DNA from: Megasphaera elsdenii DSM 20460
GTDB taxonomy: Bacteria > Bacillota > Negativicutes > Veillonellales > Megasphaeraceae
Assembly (NCBI RefSeq): GCF_003010495.1
Contig: NZ_CP027570.1
Span: 1,800,001 to 1,832,000, forward strand
DNA length: 32,000 nucleotides
Direction of reading: 5' to 3'
Below are positions 17,291 to 24,507 of the stretch, piece by piece; position 1 is the stretch's first letter, and each line of letters starts with the position of its first letter. The notes beneath the pieces are model-generated. The model was given only the letters and a program-made list of their open reading frames with translations, searched no databases and was not told the origin of the DNA. The translations under genes were made by a program, and so were the position numbers.

Positions 17291-17318
17291 CATCCATAAA
17301 TATGCTATCCTATACGAA

Positions 17319-17670
17319 TGATGAGTATGAAAAGCAATCGCTAGTGCTTTTGCATTAGAGGAAAGTCCGAGCTCCGTAGGGCAAGATGCCGGCTAACGGC
17401 CGGCGAAGGTGACTTTAGGGATAGTGCCACAGAAATGTGTACCGCCACGCAAGTGGTAAGGGTGGAACGGTGCGGTAAGAGCGCACCAGCGGTGCAGTAA
17501 TGCATCGGCTAGGTAAACCCCATCTGGAGCAAGACCGAATAGGGGAGGGATGAAGCGGCCCGCTGATCTTCCGGGTTGTGTCGCTTGAACATGCCGGCAA
17601 CGGTATGTCTAGATAGATGATTGCTGCTGCGCAAGCAGAACAAAACTCGGCTTACTGATTACTCATCACC
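17319..17670 (+). ncRNA. rnpB: RNase P RNA, bacterial type A
   Basis: Universal motifs GAGGAAAGTCCGAGC (P4 5' strand), GGTAAGGGTGGAACGGTGCGGTAAGAGCGCACC and AGAACAAAACTCGGCTTA (P4 3' strand). P1 pairs GATGAGTA (17320-17327) with TACTCATC (17660-17667). The ends are accurate to a few nt only. Confidence 0.93.
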
Positions 17671-17817
17671 TTGTGAATGTAAAGGGGTTGTCGTGCGAAG
17701 GTTCCTGCCATCATGCGAGACCCCTTTCTCTTTATAGTTTATAGTACGGAGTTTGTAGTAGAAGATGACTTTAAATTTAAAAAACTTCACTACAAACTAC
17801 AAACTTAGCACTCAAAA
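17671..17817. repeat. Mosaic intergenic repeat cluster R6
   Basis: Imperfect terminator-family hairpin GGGGTTGTCGTGCGA...GCGAGACCCC (about 17684-17724). Then a large inverted repeat, GAGTTTGTAGTAGAAG (17749-17764) against CTTCACTACAAACT (17786-17799), with ACTACAA heptamers and CTTAGCACTCAAAAGG. Confidence 0.8.
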
Positions 17818-17845
17818 GGCGCTGTCTTTATGCGACAGCGCCTTT
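17818..17845 (+). terminator. Terminator-like hairpin (conserved family)
   Basis: GGCGCTGTC-tttatgc-GACAGCGCC-TTT. The T-tract is short, so efficiency is uncertain. Confidence 0.6.
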
Positions 17846-17960
17846 ACATTTCCCCTTGTCCATGATATTATTTCAATAAGTGGTTTCAGATGGTAATAAA
17901 CCATAAGAATGAATTACCATGATAATGAATACTTAAACAAACAAAAGCGAGGGATTTAAG

Positions 17961-19184
17961 TTGGCATTAATCGTTAAGAAGTTCGGTGGCAGCTCCGTTG
18001 CGACGCCGGACAAAATGCGGGCTATTGTACAACGAGTCTTGAAAGGCAAACAGCCGGAAGACAAAATCGTCATCGTTGTTTCAGCAATGGGGGATACAAC
18101 AGACGAATTAGTAGCATTAGCCAAGCAGATCACTTCGAAGACTTACGGCCGTGAAATGGACATGCTCCTGACGACGGGCGAACAGGTCTCCATCGCCCTC
18201 ATGGCTATGGCTTTCCAGGAAGCTGGCCAGAAGGCTATTTCCTTTACGGGAGCACAGGCCGGTATCAAGACCAGCGACGCCTTTAACAAAGGCCGCATCC
18301 TGGCATTGAAACCGGGCCGCATCATGAAGGCTTTGGACCAGGGCAATATCGTCATCGTCGCAGGCTTCCAGGGTATCACCGGTCATGGTGATATTACGAC
18401 GCTCGGCCGCGGTGGCTCCGATACGACGGCAGTTGCCATTGCCGGTGCCATCCATGCTGATGTTTGTGAAATCTATACCGACGTTGACGGCGTATATACG
18501 TCCGATCCCCGTGTCGTTCCCAATGCGAAGAAAATCGACCAGATTACGTACGGCGAAATGCTGGAAATGGCGAAACTCGGCGCCGGTGTCATGCAGCCCC
18601 GTGCCGTAGAAATGGGCAGCCGCTTTGGCGTCCCCATTCACGTACGCTCGACTTTTTCTGAAGATGAAGGAACTATGATACAGGAGGATTGCTCTATGGA
18701 AGTCAAACAGTATCTCATCCGCGGCGTCGCTTCGGATAAAAATGTTGCAAAAATCACCGTTTTAGGGATTCCCAATAAACCGGGCTTTGCTTATCGCGTT
18801 TTCGCTGAATTGGCAGAAAAACACGTCGATGTCGACATGATCGTCCAAAGTGTCCGCATTGCCAACGAAGGCGTTACGGATATCACCTTTACCATCGCCC
18901 GCACGGACCTCGAACAGGCTAAGGCTGTCCTGGCTAACCTGCGTAAGGAAATGCCTGTCGAAGACGTCCTCATCGATGACAAAATGGCAAAAGTTTCCGT
19001 CGTCGGTGCTGGCATGGCCGGCCATCCGGGCATCGCTGCCGGCATGTTCGGCGTCCTCGGTGACAACGGCATCAATATCGAAATCATTTCCACTTCGGAA
19101 ATCAGCATTACCTGCCTCATTTCTGAAGACGTCATCGATAAAGCCGTCAAAGCTATCCACGCGCACTTCTTCGACGAAGACTAA
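17961..19184 (+). CDS. lysC: Aspartate kinase (monofunctional, two ACT domains)
   Basis: N-terminus ALIVKKFGGSSVATPDKM, GRGGSDTTAVAIA, and C-terminal ACT repeats. TTG start at 17961. Confidence 0.93.
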   Translation: MALIVKKFGGSSVATPDKMRAIVQRVLKGKQPEDKIVIVVSAMGDTTDELVALAKQITSKTYGREMDMLLTTGEQVSIALMAMAFQEAGQKAISFTGAQAGIKTSDAFNKGRILALKPGRIMKALDQGNIVIVAGFQGITGHGDITTLGRGGSDTTAVAIAGAIHADVCEIYTDVDGVYTSDPRVVPNAKKIDQITYGEMLEMAKLGAGVMQPRAVEMGSRFGVPIHVRSTFSEDEGTMIQEDCSMEVKQYLIRGVASDKNVAKITVLGIPNKPGFAYRVFAELAEKHVDVDMIVQSVRIANEGVTDITFTIARTDLEQAKAVLANLRKEMPVEDVLIDDKMAKVSVVGAGMAGHPGIAAGMFGVLGDNGINIEIISTSEISITCLISEDVIDKAVKAIHAHFFDED

Positions 19185-19193
19185 GGGGGATAC

Positions 19194-19493
19194 ATGTCTG
19201 TATTGGATAGCTTTACAGAAGAGATGCTGCAGTCTGAACTGCCCAAACGGGTCATCCTCGAACGCCTGACCCACGGCCTGGAAGTCGAAAAGCCGCCGCA
19301 GTTTGCCATCCCGGCTCCGAAGTACACCTTTGAAACGAACCTGCACGGCTTCCGTTACGATTACCAGAACCAGACCGTCACCATTTCCTATAAAGTAGCC
19401 CGCGGCCTTCATGACGATATGACCGTGTCCTTTATGACCTTCCGGGTCATCCTGGAAGGACTGGGCGTTTGTATCCGAATGCAGAAGTGGTAG
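19194..19493 (+). CDS. Hypothetical 99-aa protein, apparently co-transcribed with lysC
   Basis: ATG lies 9 nt after the lysC stop, preceded by AAGGGGGA. Codon usage looks like the neighbouring genes and a strong terminator follows. I recognise no motif. Confidence 0.5.
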   Translation: MSVLDSFTEEMLQSELPKRVILERLTHGLEVEKPPQFAIPAPKYTFETNLHGFRYDYQNQTVTISYKVARGLHDDMTVSFMTFRVILEGLGVCIRMQKW

Positions 19494-19502
19494 TGAAATA
19501 CA

Positions 19503-19538
19503 GAGGGGGTTGCCGCCAATGCGGCAGCCTCCTTTTTG
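19503..19538 (+). terminator. Rho-independent terminator (conserved hairpin family)
   Basis: GGGGGTTGCCGC-caat-GCGGCAGCCTCC-TTTTT (19505-19537). Confidence 0.85.
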
Positions 19539-19891
19539 CGGTAAAAGAGGGAAATCGTAGGCCGCAGATGGCCGTCCGCAATGGCTCCCCTGATAGGGGA
19601 GCTGTCAGCAAAGCTGACTGAGAGGTTGATTTCCTGTCAGATAATGCCGCTGTTCGTTCGGACTCAGATGCGGCGTTCTGCCGCGACAGACTCATGAAAT
19701 AAACGCAGGTCGCAGATGGCAGGTCGCCGCGGTCCTGTGGACCGCAAAAAAAATACACGGCCCTTGGCCTTGTGCGTAGGGGACGCCTAAAAGGCGTCCC
19801 GCTGTGAAATTTAACCACAGCCCATTCGGGTCTAATAGTGAGCTTTTACGAGCCACGAACGATGAACGAAAACGGGGGCCAATTAGGCCCC
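19539..19891. repeat. Mosaic intergenic repeat cluster R7
   Basis: CCGTCCGCAATGG, then the double-hairpin module (19585-19646) and the arm TCGGACTCAGATGCGGCGTTCTGCCGCGACAGACTCA (19658-19696). Next CGCAGATGGCAGG...GGACCGCAAAAAAAATACACGGCC, the REP-like GTAGGGGACGCC-taaa-AGGCGTCCC (19776-19800) and CTGTGAAATTTAACCACAGCCCATTC. It ends with heptamers (19848-19875) and the boundary hairpin GGCCAATTAGGCCCC (19877-19891). Confidence 0.9.
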
Positions 19892-19917
19892 ATCTCTCCC
19901 CGAAAGGAAGGAAACCG

Positions 19918-20286
19918 ATGCATTGTGGAACCGATATCGTACAAATCAGCCGTATTGCGGATATGGCATCGCGTCACGGCCATTCACTAGGACGCTTTTT
20001 CACGGCCCAGGAATTATCCTATTGCCAGCGGCCCGATGGCACGTGGCGGGCTGAATCACTGGCCGGCATCTTTGCCGCTAAAGAAGCCTTGTTCAAAGCC
20101 TTGGGCACGGGTTTCCGCCAGGGGAAATGGACGGACGTTGAAGTCTGTCATGATTCACTGGGCGCCCCATATTACCAGTTCCACGGCTACTACGCCCAGG
20201 CTGTCCCACTGAAGACCGAACAGCCTCCGTCCCTGTCCATCGCCCACGACGGCGATTACGCCATTGCTTTCACTGTGTTGGGGTAG
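19918..20286 (+). CDS. acpS: Holo-[acyl-carrier-protein] synthase
   Basis: MHCGTDIVQISRI..., FAAKEALFKALG and SLSIAHDGDYAIA are AcpS signatures, ~122 aa. The track ORF (19804) starts inside the repeat, so I use ATG 19918 after AAGGAAGGA. Confidence 0.9.
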   Translation: MHCGTDIVQISRIADMASRHGHSLGRFFTAQELSYCQRPDGTWRAESLAGIFAAKEALFKALGTGFRQGKWTDVEVCHDSLGAPYYQFHGYYAQAVPLKTEQPPSLSIAHDGDYAIAFTVLG

Positions 20287-20791
20287 AAGGGGCCGTTGTT
20301 CCCTCGTACTCAGATGCGGCGTTCTGCCGCGACAGACTCATGATTGTATGACGACCGTGTGCTATTCGTCATAAATTCCGGCTGTTCACAGGATTCGCTG
20401 CGGCCTTTTTGGCCCGTCAGGTGCCGACCAGCGGAAGGCGCAAGACGGCTGCCAAAACGGACAGCCGTGGCGGGACGCCTTTCAGGCGTCCCCTACGGTA
20501 TCGCATACAGGCGATGGAAAAGGACACGGCCACAGGTCACAAAAAATGCACGGCCTACAGCCGGGTGCGTAGGGGACGCCCAAAGGGCGTCCCGCTGTGA
20601 GGTACAACCATAGCCCATTCAGCCCTGATAGTATGTTTTTACGAATCACGAGTTACGAACCACGGTCTTTTCCACGAGCCGAGGGTATCCCGAGGCGATA
20701 TCGTCACTTTGAGTTTGACGCCGCGCAGCGGCATCTGATTCCAAGGCGGACTGCGACTGGCGGTATGCAATCTGCGGGGCCATCAGACCCC
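20287..20791. repeat. Mosaic intergenic repeat cluster R8, containing a ~446-bp unit bounded by inverted repeats
   Basis: Left arm at 20301-20343, the 140-bp module at 20339-20470, and an inverted REP-like GGGACGCC-tttc-AGGCGTCCCCTAC (20472-20496). Hairpin ATCGC-ataca-GGCGAT, forward REP-like GTAGGGGACGCCC-aaa-GGGCGTCCC (20569-20593) and heptamers (20641-20665). The inverted right arm lies at 20676-20746 and the boundary hairpin GGCCATCAGACCCC at 20778-20791. Confidence 0.9.
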
Positions 20792-20814
20792 TTTACAAAA
20801 AGGAGAAATATATT

Positions 20815-22467
20815 ATGCAAAAAATTACTACTGCTGCTCAGATGCGGAATATGGACCGGATCGCCATGCATGGCGTATATGCCATGGCTCCGGTTGTCCT
20901 CATGGAAAATGCCGGCCACGCCGTGGCCGAACGGGCCGGTGCCTGGCTTGACGGCTGGGACGGCAAGGACGTCGTCCTCTTTTGCGGAAAAGGCAACAAC
21001 GGCGGCGACGGTTTCGTCATTGCCCGCCATATTTTAGCTGCCGGTGCCAGGGTTTATGTCTATGTCCTCGGCAAGGAAGAAGATTATAGCGATGAAGCGC
21101 GTCAGCACTTGCACACCTTGCAGCAGCTGGCTGATGAGGAAACGTGCCTGCTCTTGTCGGCGCCGCAATCCGATGCCGACTGGCAGCTCCTGCAAAAACG
21201 GCTCCTGGCCTCGTCCGTCGTCATCGACGCCATGTTGGGGACGGGCTTCCACGGCAGCCTGCGTCAGCCCCTTGCTTCCATCGTTGCCGAAGTCAATGCT
21301 GCTGCCGCCGCCGGTGCCGTCACGGTCATTGCCGTCGACATGCCGACTGGCGTCAACTCTGATACAGGCGCTGTCAGCAATGGCGACGATGATGAAGACG
21401 GGCCGCTCTTTGCCGATATGACCGTCACTTTTGGCGCCCTCAAGCGGGGCCTGGTCCTTTATCCCGGCCGGGCCTGTGCCGGCCACGTCGAAGTCGATCC
21501 CATCGGTATGCCCGGCCCGCTGCTCATGCAGCTCGAAGAAAATCCGGCTTACTTGTTGCAGGAATCGGATATCGCCGAAATCGTCGTACCCCGCAGCCCG
21601 GACAGCCATAAAGGGACGCACGGTACCATTGCCATCGTCACCGGCAGCAGCCAGATGGCCGGCGCCGCCCTCATGGCCGCTCATGGAGCCGTCCGCAGCG
21701 GGGCAGGCAAGGTCTTTCTCCGCGTACCGGGCGCGACGGCGCCGTACTGCATCGGCGTCCAGCCGGAAATCATGGTCCGCGGCGTCGGTACGGGCGACCA
21801 TTTTACTGCCGCTGATGCCGATGAAATCATTGCCGAAAGCAAGAATTGGTCCGTCCTGGCCATGGGTCCCGGCCTGGGCCGTGATGCAGAGACGAAAGAA
21901 TTTCTCTTGAAAGTCCTGGCCGCCGTGACCTGCCCGGTCGTCCTCGATGCCGATGCCCTCAACCTGCTGGCCGGCGAAAAGGCCCTCATCGCTTCCCGCG
22001 GCAGCCGCATCATCATGACACCGCACTTGGCTGAATTTTCGCGTATCAGCGGTCTGTCTATGGCAGAAATCAAAGCGGACCCCATCGCGGCAGCCCGGCA
22101 GTTTGCTTCGGAATGGAAGGTCAACCTCGTCCTCAAAGGGGCGCCGACGCTCATCGTTTCAGCCAAGACGGGCAATGTCTACGTCAATTCCACAGGCAAT
22201 GCCGGCATGGCCTGCGGCGGCATGGGAGACGTCCTGACCGGCATGATTGCCGCTATGATAGCTCATCAGGGCATGAGCGACTTGTGCAGTGCTGCCTGCG
22301 CCGGTGTCTATCTCCACGGGGCTGCTGGCGATGCCTGCCGCAAGGACCACGGCCCTTATGGTTTTACCCCCATGGAAACAGCCGATGTCCTGCCGCAGGT
22401 CCTGGCATCCTTAGAAGAAGATTTGGCCCTGCCCATTTTGCAGCAGCCCTTGATTGGAGGAAAATAA
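20815..22467 (+). CDS. nnr: Bifunctional NAD(P)H-hydrate repair enzyme (epimerase + ADP-dependent dehydratase), YjeF/Nnr
   Basis: N-terminal YjeF_N (GKGNNGGDGFVIARHL-like) plus a C-terminal carbohydrate-kinase-like domain (HKGTHG, GPGLG, GGMGDVLTG). The acpS neighbourhood is common for this gene. Confidence 0.9.
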   Translation: MQKITTAAQMRNMDRIAMHGVYAMAPVVLMENAGHAVAERAGAWLDGWDGKDVVLFCGKGNNGGDGFVIARHILAAGARVYVYVLGKEEDYSDEARQHLHTLQQLADEETCLLLSAPQSDADWQLLQKRLLASSVVIDAMLGTGFHGSLRQPLASIVAEVNAAAAAGAVTVIAVDMPTGVNSDTGAVSNGDDDEDGPLFADMTVTFGALKRGLVLYPGRACAGHVEVDPIGMPGPLLMQLEENPAYLLQESDIAEIVVPRSPDSHKGTHGTIAIVTGSSQMAGAALMAAHGAVRSGAGKVFLRVPGATAPYCIGVQPEIMVRGVGTGDHFTAADADEIIAESKNWSVLAMGPGLGRDAETKEFLLKVLAAVTCPVVLDADALNLLAGEKALIASRGSRIIMTPHLAEFSRISGLSMAEIKADPIAAARQFASEWKVNLVLKGAPTLIVSAKTGNVYVNSTGNAGMACGGMGDVLTGMIAAMIAHQGMSDLCSAACAGVYLHGAAGDACRKDHGPYGFTPMETADVLPQVLASLEEDLALPILQQPLIGGK

Positions 22468-22468
22468 C

Positions 22469-23401
22469 GTGAAAAAAAGAAGCTTCTTTACAGCCGCTCT
22501 GGCCCTGGTCATGAGCCTCATGCTCATCCTGGCCGGCTGTGGCAACAGCGCTTCGTCCAGCTCGTCTGGCGGAGCCAAAGCCGTTCAGTCTTTGACGGCT
22601 TCTGACAAAGATTTGCGCGTGTCCGTCCTTAACGTCGGCCAGGCCGATGCGACGCTTATCCAGTATAAAGGCAAGAACATGCTCATCGACACGGGTGACG
22701 TCGACAGCCGGGCTGATTTGGTAAAACAGCTCAAAGAACGCAAGGTCAAAGACCTGGACATCGTCGTCATCACCCATCCCCACGGTGACCACATGGGCGG
22801 CATGGCAGAATTGTTCAAAGATTTCAAAATCAAACAGATTTACGACAATGGCCAGAGCGCCAATACGGCCATGTACCGCAATTATCTGAAGAACATCAAA
22901 GCCAAGAACATCGCCTATAAAGTCTTGAAGAAAGGCGATACCTTCACCCTTGGTGATGACGTCAAATTCACAGTCCTGTCGCCGGCCAAACCCTTTACCA
23001 AAGAAAATACCCAAGGTGTTTCCGAAAGCGGCCTGACTAACAATAATTCCATCGTCTGCAAGATGACCTATGGTCAGTTCTCCATGATGTTTACTGGCGA
23101 TGCCCAGAAAGAAGCGGAAGACCAGATCCTCAAGGCTTACAAACCGGCCGACCTCAAATCGGACGTCCTCAAAGTCGGCCATCACGGCAGCAAGACCTCG
23201 TCGTCCGACGCCTTCGTCAAAGCCATCGCGCCGAAAGCGGCAACCATCTCCTGTGCTGCCGGTAATCAGTACAAATTCCCGCATGAACCGACCTTGAAGA
23301 CCTTGCAGAAATACAACGTCGAAGTCTATCGCACCGACCGCAACGGTACCATCACCATCACCACCGACGGCTCGTCGTACAGCATCGCAAAGGAGCACTG
23401 A
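22469..23401 (+). CDS. MBL-fold metallo-hydrolase lipoprotein (ComEC C-terminal-domain-like)
   Basis: Lipobox LILAGCGN, the HxHxDH motif ITHPHGDHMGG, and later KVGHHGS. GTG 22469 follows GGAGGA and lies 1 nt after the nnr stop. Confidence 0.8.
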   Translation: MKKRSFFTAALALVMSLMLILAGCGNSASSSSSGGAKAVQSLTASDKDLRVSVLNVGQADATLIQYKGKNMLIDTGDVDSRADLVKQLKERKVKDLDIVVITHPHGDHMGGMAELFKDFKIKQIYDNGQSANTAMYRNYLKNIKAKNIAYKVLKKGDTFTLGDDVKFTVLSPAKPFTKENTQGVSESGLTNNNSIVCKMTYGQFSMMFTGDAQKEAEDQILKAYKPADLKSDVLKVGHHGSKTSSSDAFVKAIAPKAATISCAAGNQYKFPHEPTLKTLQKYNVEVYRTDRNGTITITTDGSSYSIAKEH

Positions 23402-23402
23402 T

Positions 23403-23621
23403 ATGAAAAAGGAACTCATCGGAAGTATCGACCGCATTACCGAACAGACAGCCTGCATCATCCTCAACGACGATGAACACCAGCTCCAGATTCCACTCGA
23501 ACTCCTGCCAGACGGCGCCGATGAAGGCATGGCCTTCACCATCACCATCGAACGCAACGAAGAAGAAGAAAAACGCCTGGCCGAAGAAATCGCAACCCTA
23601 AAAGAAAGCCTCTCCCAATAG
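23403..23621 (+). CDS. DUF3006-like small protein
   Basis: 72 aa (IDRITEQTACIILNDDEHQLQIPLELLPDGADEGMAFTITIE). From memory, this family usually accompanies the ComEC-like MBL lipoprotein. The start is coupled (TGATATG). Confidence 0.65.
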   Translation: MKKELIGSIDRITEQTACIILNDDEHQLQIPLELLPDGADEGMAFTITIERNEEEEKRLAEEIATLKESLSQ

Positions 23622-23634
23622 GAGAGGTTTTTTC
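23609..23634 (+). terminator. Rho-independent terminator
   Basis: CCTCTCC-caata-GGAGAGG-TTTTTT. The stem overlaps the TAG stop at 23619-23621. Confidence 0.8.
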
Positions 23635-24458
23635 TTTTGCTTTTTACGGATTACGAGCCACTGCCTTTCCTCGGACTCAGATGCGGCTGCGCCGCGACAG
23701 ACTCAAACTAACAACGACGCTTCGGGAAGCCCTCAGCACGTAGCGGGCCGCCCGCCGCTACCATCTGTCCAGGTAACCGTTCTGTACTTGACGTGTTAGA
23801 ATATTTTGGGCGGCCCCTACGAATGCGGCTGCGCCGCAACAAACTCATGAAATGAACGCAGTTCGCCGGTCGCAGATGGCAGGCCGCTATGGCCCTGTGG
23901 ACCGCAAAAAAATCACGGCCCATGGCCTTGTGCGTAGGGGCCGTCCCGGTCAGGGCGGCCCGCTGCGATATTCAACCACAGCCTGTCCGAGTATAATGGC
24001 AGGCCTTTACGAGCCACGAACAACGAGCCACTGCTTTTCCCTCGGACTCAGATGCGGCTGCGCCGCGACAGACTCAAACTAACAACGACGCTTCGGGAAG
24101 CCCTCAGCGCGTAGCGGGCCGCCCGCCGCTACCATCTGTCCAGGTAACCGTTCTGTACTTGACGTGTTAGAATATTTTGGGCGGCCCCTACGAATGCGGC
24201 TACACTGCAATAAACTCATGAAATGAACGCAGTTCGCAGGCGGTCGGTCGCAGTCTGCGCGGTCCTATGGATCGCAAAAAAAATCACGGCCAGCGGCCTT
24301 GTGCGTAGGGGACGCCCAGAGGGCGTCCCGCTTGTGAGATTCGACCATAGCCTATCTGAGTATAAGCAGGCTTTTCAAGCTACTAGCCACAAATCACGAG
24401 CCCACGGCTTTTCCTCGGACTCAGATGCGGCTGCGCCGCGACAGACTCAAACTAACAA
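23635..24458. repeat. Mosaic repeat cluster R9: ~372-bp macro-tandem repeat (2 full copies and the start of a third)
   Basis: The anchor TCGGACTCAGATGCGGCTGCGCCGCGACAGACTCAAACTAACAACGACGCTTCGGG starts at 23671, 24042 and 24415 (periods 371 and 373). The first ~160 bp of copies 1 and 2 differ at one position, and the second halves are more diverged. Each unit carries GTAGCGG...CCGCTAC, an inverted CCCCTAC, a forward GTAGGGG palindrome and a heptamer array. Confidence 0.92.
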
Positions 24459-24507
24459 TGGTCCTATGTCAAGATTTCGGACAAATTAAATTGAGGTTTT
24501 TCGTTTC

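Noticed and set aside
17283-17316. Promoter for rnpB (TTGACT at 17283-17288).
   Set aside because: There is no convincing -10 hexamer at 16-18 nt spacing (TATCCT at 17 nt is weak, and TATGCT and TATACG are mis-spaced). It is left unannotated, though the TTGACT directly abutting the boundary hairpin is noted in the findings.
17846-17960. Lysine riboswitch (L-box) or T-box leader upstream of lysC.
   Set aside because: The leader is only ~115 nt, AT-rich, and lacks the conserved L-box helices and motifs and any terminator/antiterminator pair.
23635-24458. CRISPR array, considered because of regularly spaced repeats.
   Set aside because: The period is ~372 bp and the whole unit is repeated, so there is no alternation of short repeats with unique spacers. 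No cas genes are present. The heptamer arrays are far too short in period to be CRISPR.
16967-24489. ORFs predicted inside the repeat clusters: 16967-17239, 17011-17223, 19447-19818(-), 20344-20613, 20597-21037, 23708-23923(-), 23852-24082 and 24223-24489. The N-terminal extension of acpS from 19804 is in the same class.
   Set aside because: The same DNA recurs as modules in different combinations, orientations and reading frames, so no frame is conserved. The ORFs have no RBS, their translations are Arg/Pro/Gly-rich, and several run through palindromes and terminators. They are treated as non-coding repeats.
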